24,527 nt of DNA from a virus (Duplodnaviria; Caudoviricetes): positions 1-24,527 of the IMG/VR virus record IMGVR_UViG_3300049205_000115; one strand, written 5' to 3'. Both the position numbers and the translations under genes were made by a program. Shown here in pieces: positions 24,163 to 24,527 of the stretch. Position 1 is the first letter of the stretch. Every line of letters starts with the position of its first letter. The notes under the pieces are model-generated. The model had not been told where the DNA came from. It was given only the letters and a program-made list of their open reading frames with translations, and did no database searches.

Positions 24163-24332
24163 TCGAAAGCTTCCGGGTAACCGAAGACAGTGATGAGGAT
24201 AGTAAATGGGCAGCACGCCTAAGGTACTATTCTCATTTTCGTTTAAACCCGGATGTGATGAGTGATGAAGAATTTTATAAACATGTAGAAGCAATGAAAT
24301 TCTGCTTAAAAGAGAGAGGAGAAATGGAATAA
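24150..24332 (+). CDS. -1 frameshift extension of the chaperone (gpGT analogue)
   Basis: A9C run at 24150-24159; the -1 frame is open as LIESFRVTEDSDEDSKWAARLRYYSHFRLNPDVMSDEEFYKHVEAMKFCLKERGEME* up to the TAATG overlap with the tape measure. Confidence 0.8.
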   Translation, partial: KKKLIESFRVTEDSDEDSKWAARLRYYSHFRLNPDVMSDEEFYKHVEAMKFCLKERGEME

Positions 24333-24527
24333 TGCCTGAAGAAGTAAAATATACAATGTCCCTCAATGATCTTGTTAGTCCAAAGATCACAGCGGCAGAT
24401 GAAACTGCAAATAAGTTTGAAACTACGCTTAACAAAATAACACAGACTGCCGGCAAACTTGGTATTGCCTTAAGTATTGCTTTTGCTGTAACAGCTATAT
24501 CTGATTTCAGCAAAAGCGTAGTAGATG
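24332..24527 (+). CDS. Tape measure protein, N-terminus (runs off window)
   Basis: MPEEVKYTMSLNDLVSPKITAADETANKFETTLNKITQTAGKLGIALSIAFAVTAISDFSKSVVD; typical position and helical, Ala-rich composition. Confidence 0.8.
   Translation, partial: MPEEVKYTMSLNDLVSPKITAADETANKFETTLNKITQTAGKLGIALSIAFAVTAISDFSKSVVD

Noticed and set aside
24136-24513. 125-aa hydrophobic minus-strand ORF
   Set aside because: Shadow of the frameshift extension and tape-measure start on the + strand.

Overview
A 24.5-kb segment of a tailed dsDNA phage or prophage with a contractile tail. All credible protein genes are on the + strand and most are tightly coupled. The host is probably Bacteroidota, inferred from A-rich start regions without Shine-Dalgarno sites, TAnnTTTG promoter boxes and a DUF2586-type sheath. 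Left part (1-5.5 kb): accessory and DNA-metabolism genes (DUF5131, two PD-(D/E)xK nucleases, ASCH, SPFH, SNF2 helicase). Next is a ParB-like + Mom-like adenine-hypermodification cassette (5560-6797). Its 3' end overlaps an unannotated tRNA-Gly-like RNA (6783-6855) with intact glycine identity elements but a broken T-stem and an 8-nt anticodon loop. This is the best candidate for a new system: a dedicated, non-ribosomal glycyl-donor RNA for DNA modification. Then come terminase, Mu-like adaptor and portal, a MuF protein with a C-terminal HExxH domain plus a candidate immunity gene, neck, baseplate and collar genes, an RHH regulator, an initiator tRNA-fMet with a structured trailer, ClpP protease/scaffold, capsid, sheath, tube, a tail chaperone with a -1 frameshift, and the start of the tape measure. 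A 31-bp motif with an 18-bp palindromic core occurs four times at module junctions. All family assignments come from motif recognition by eye; no database search was run.
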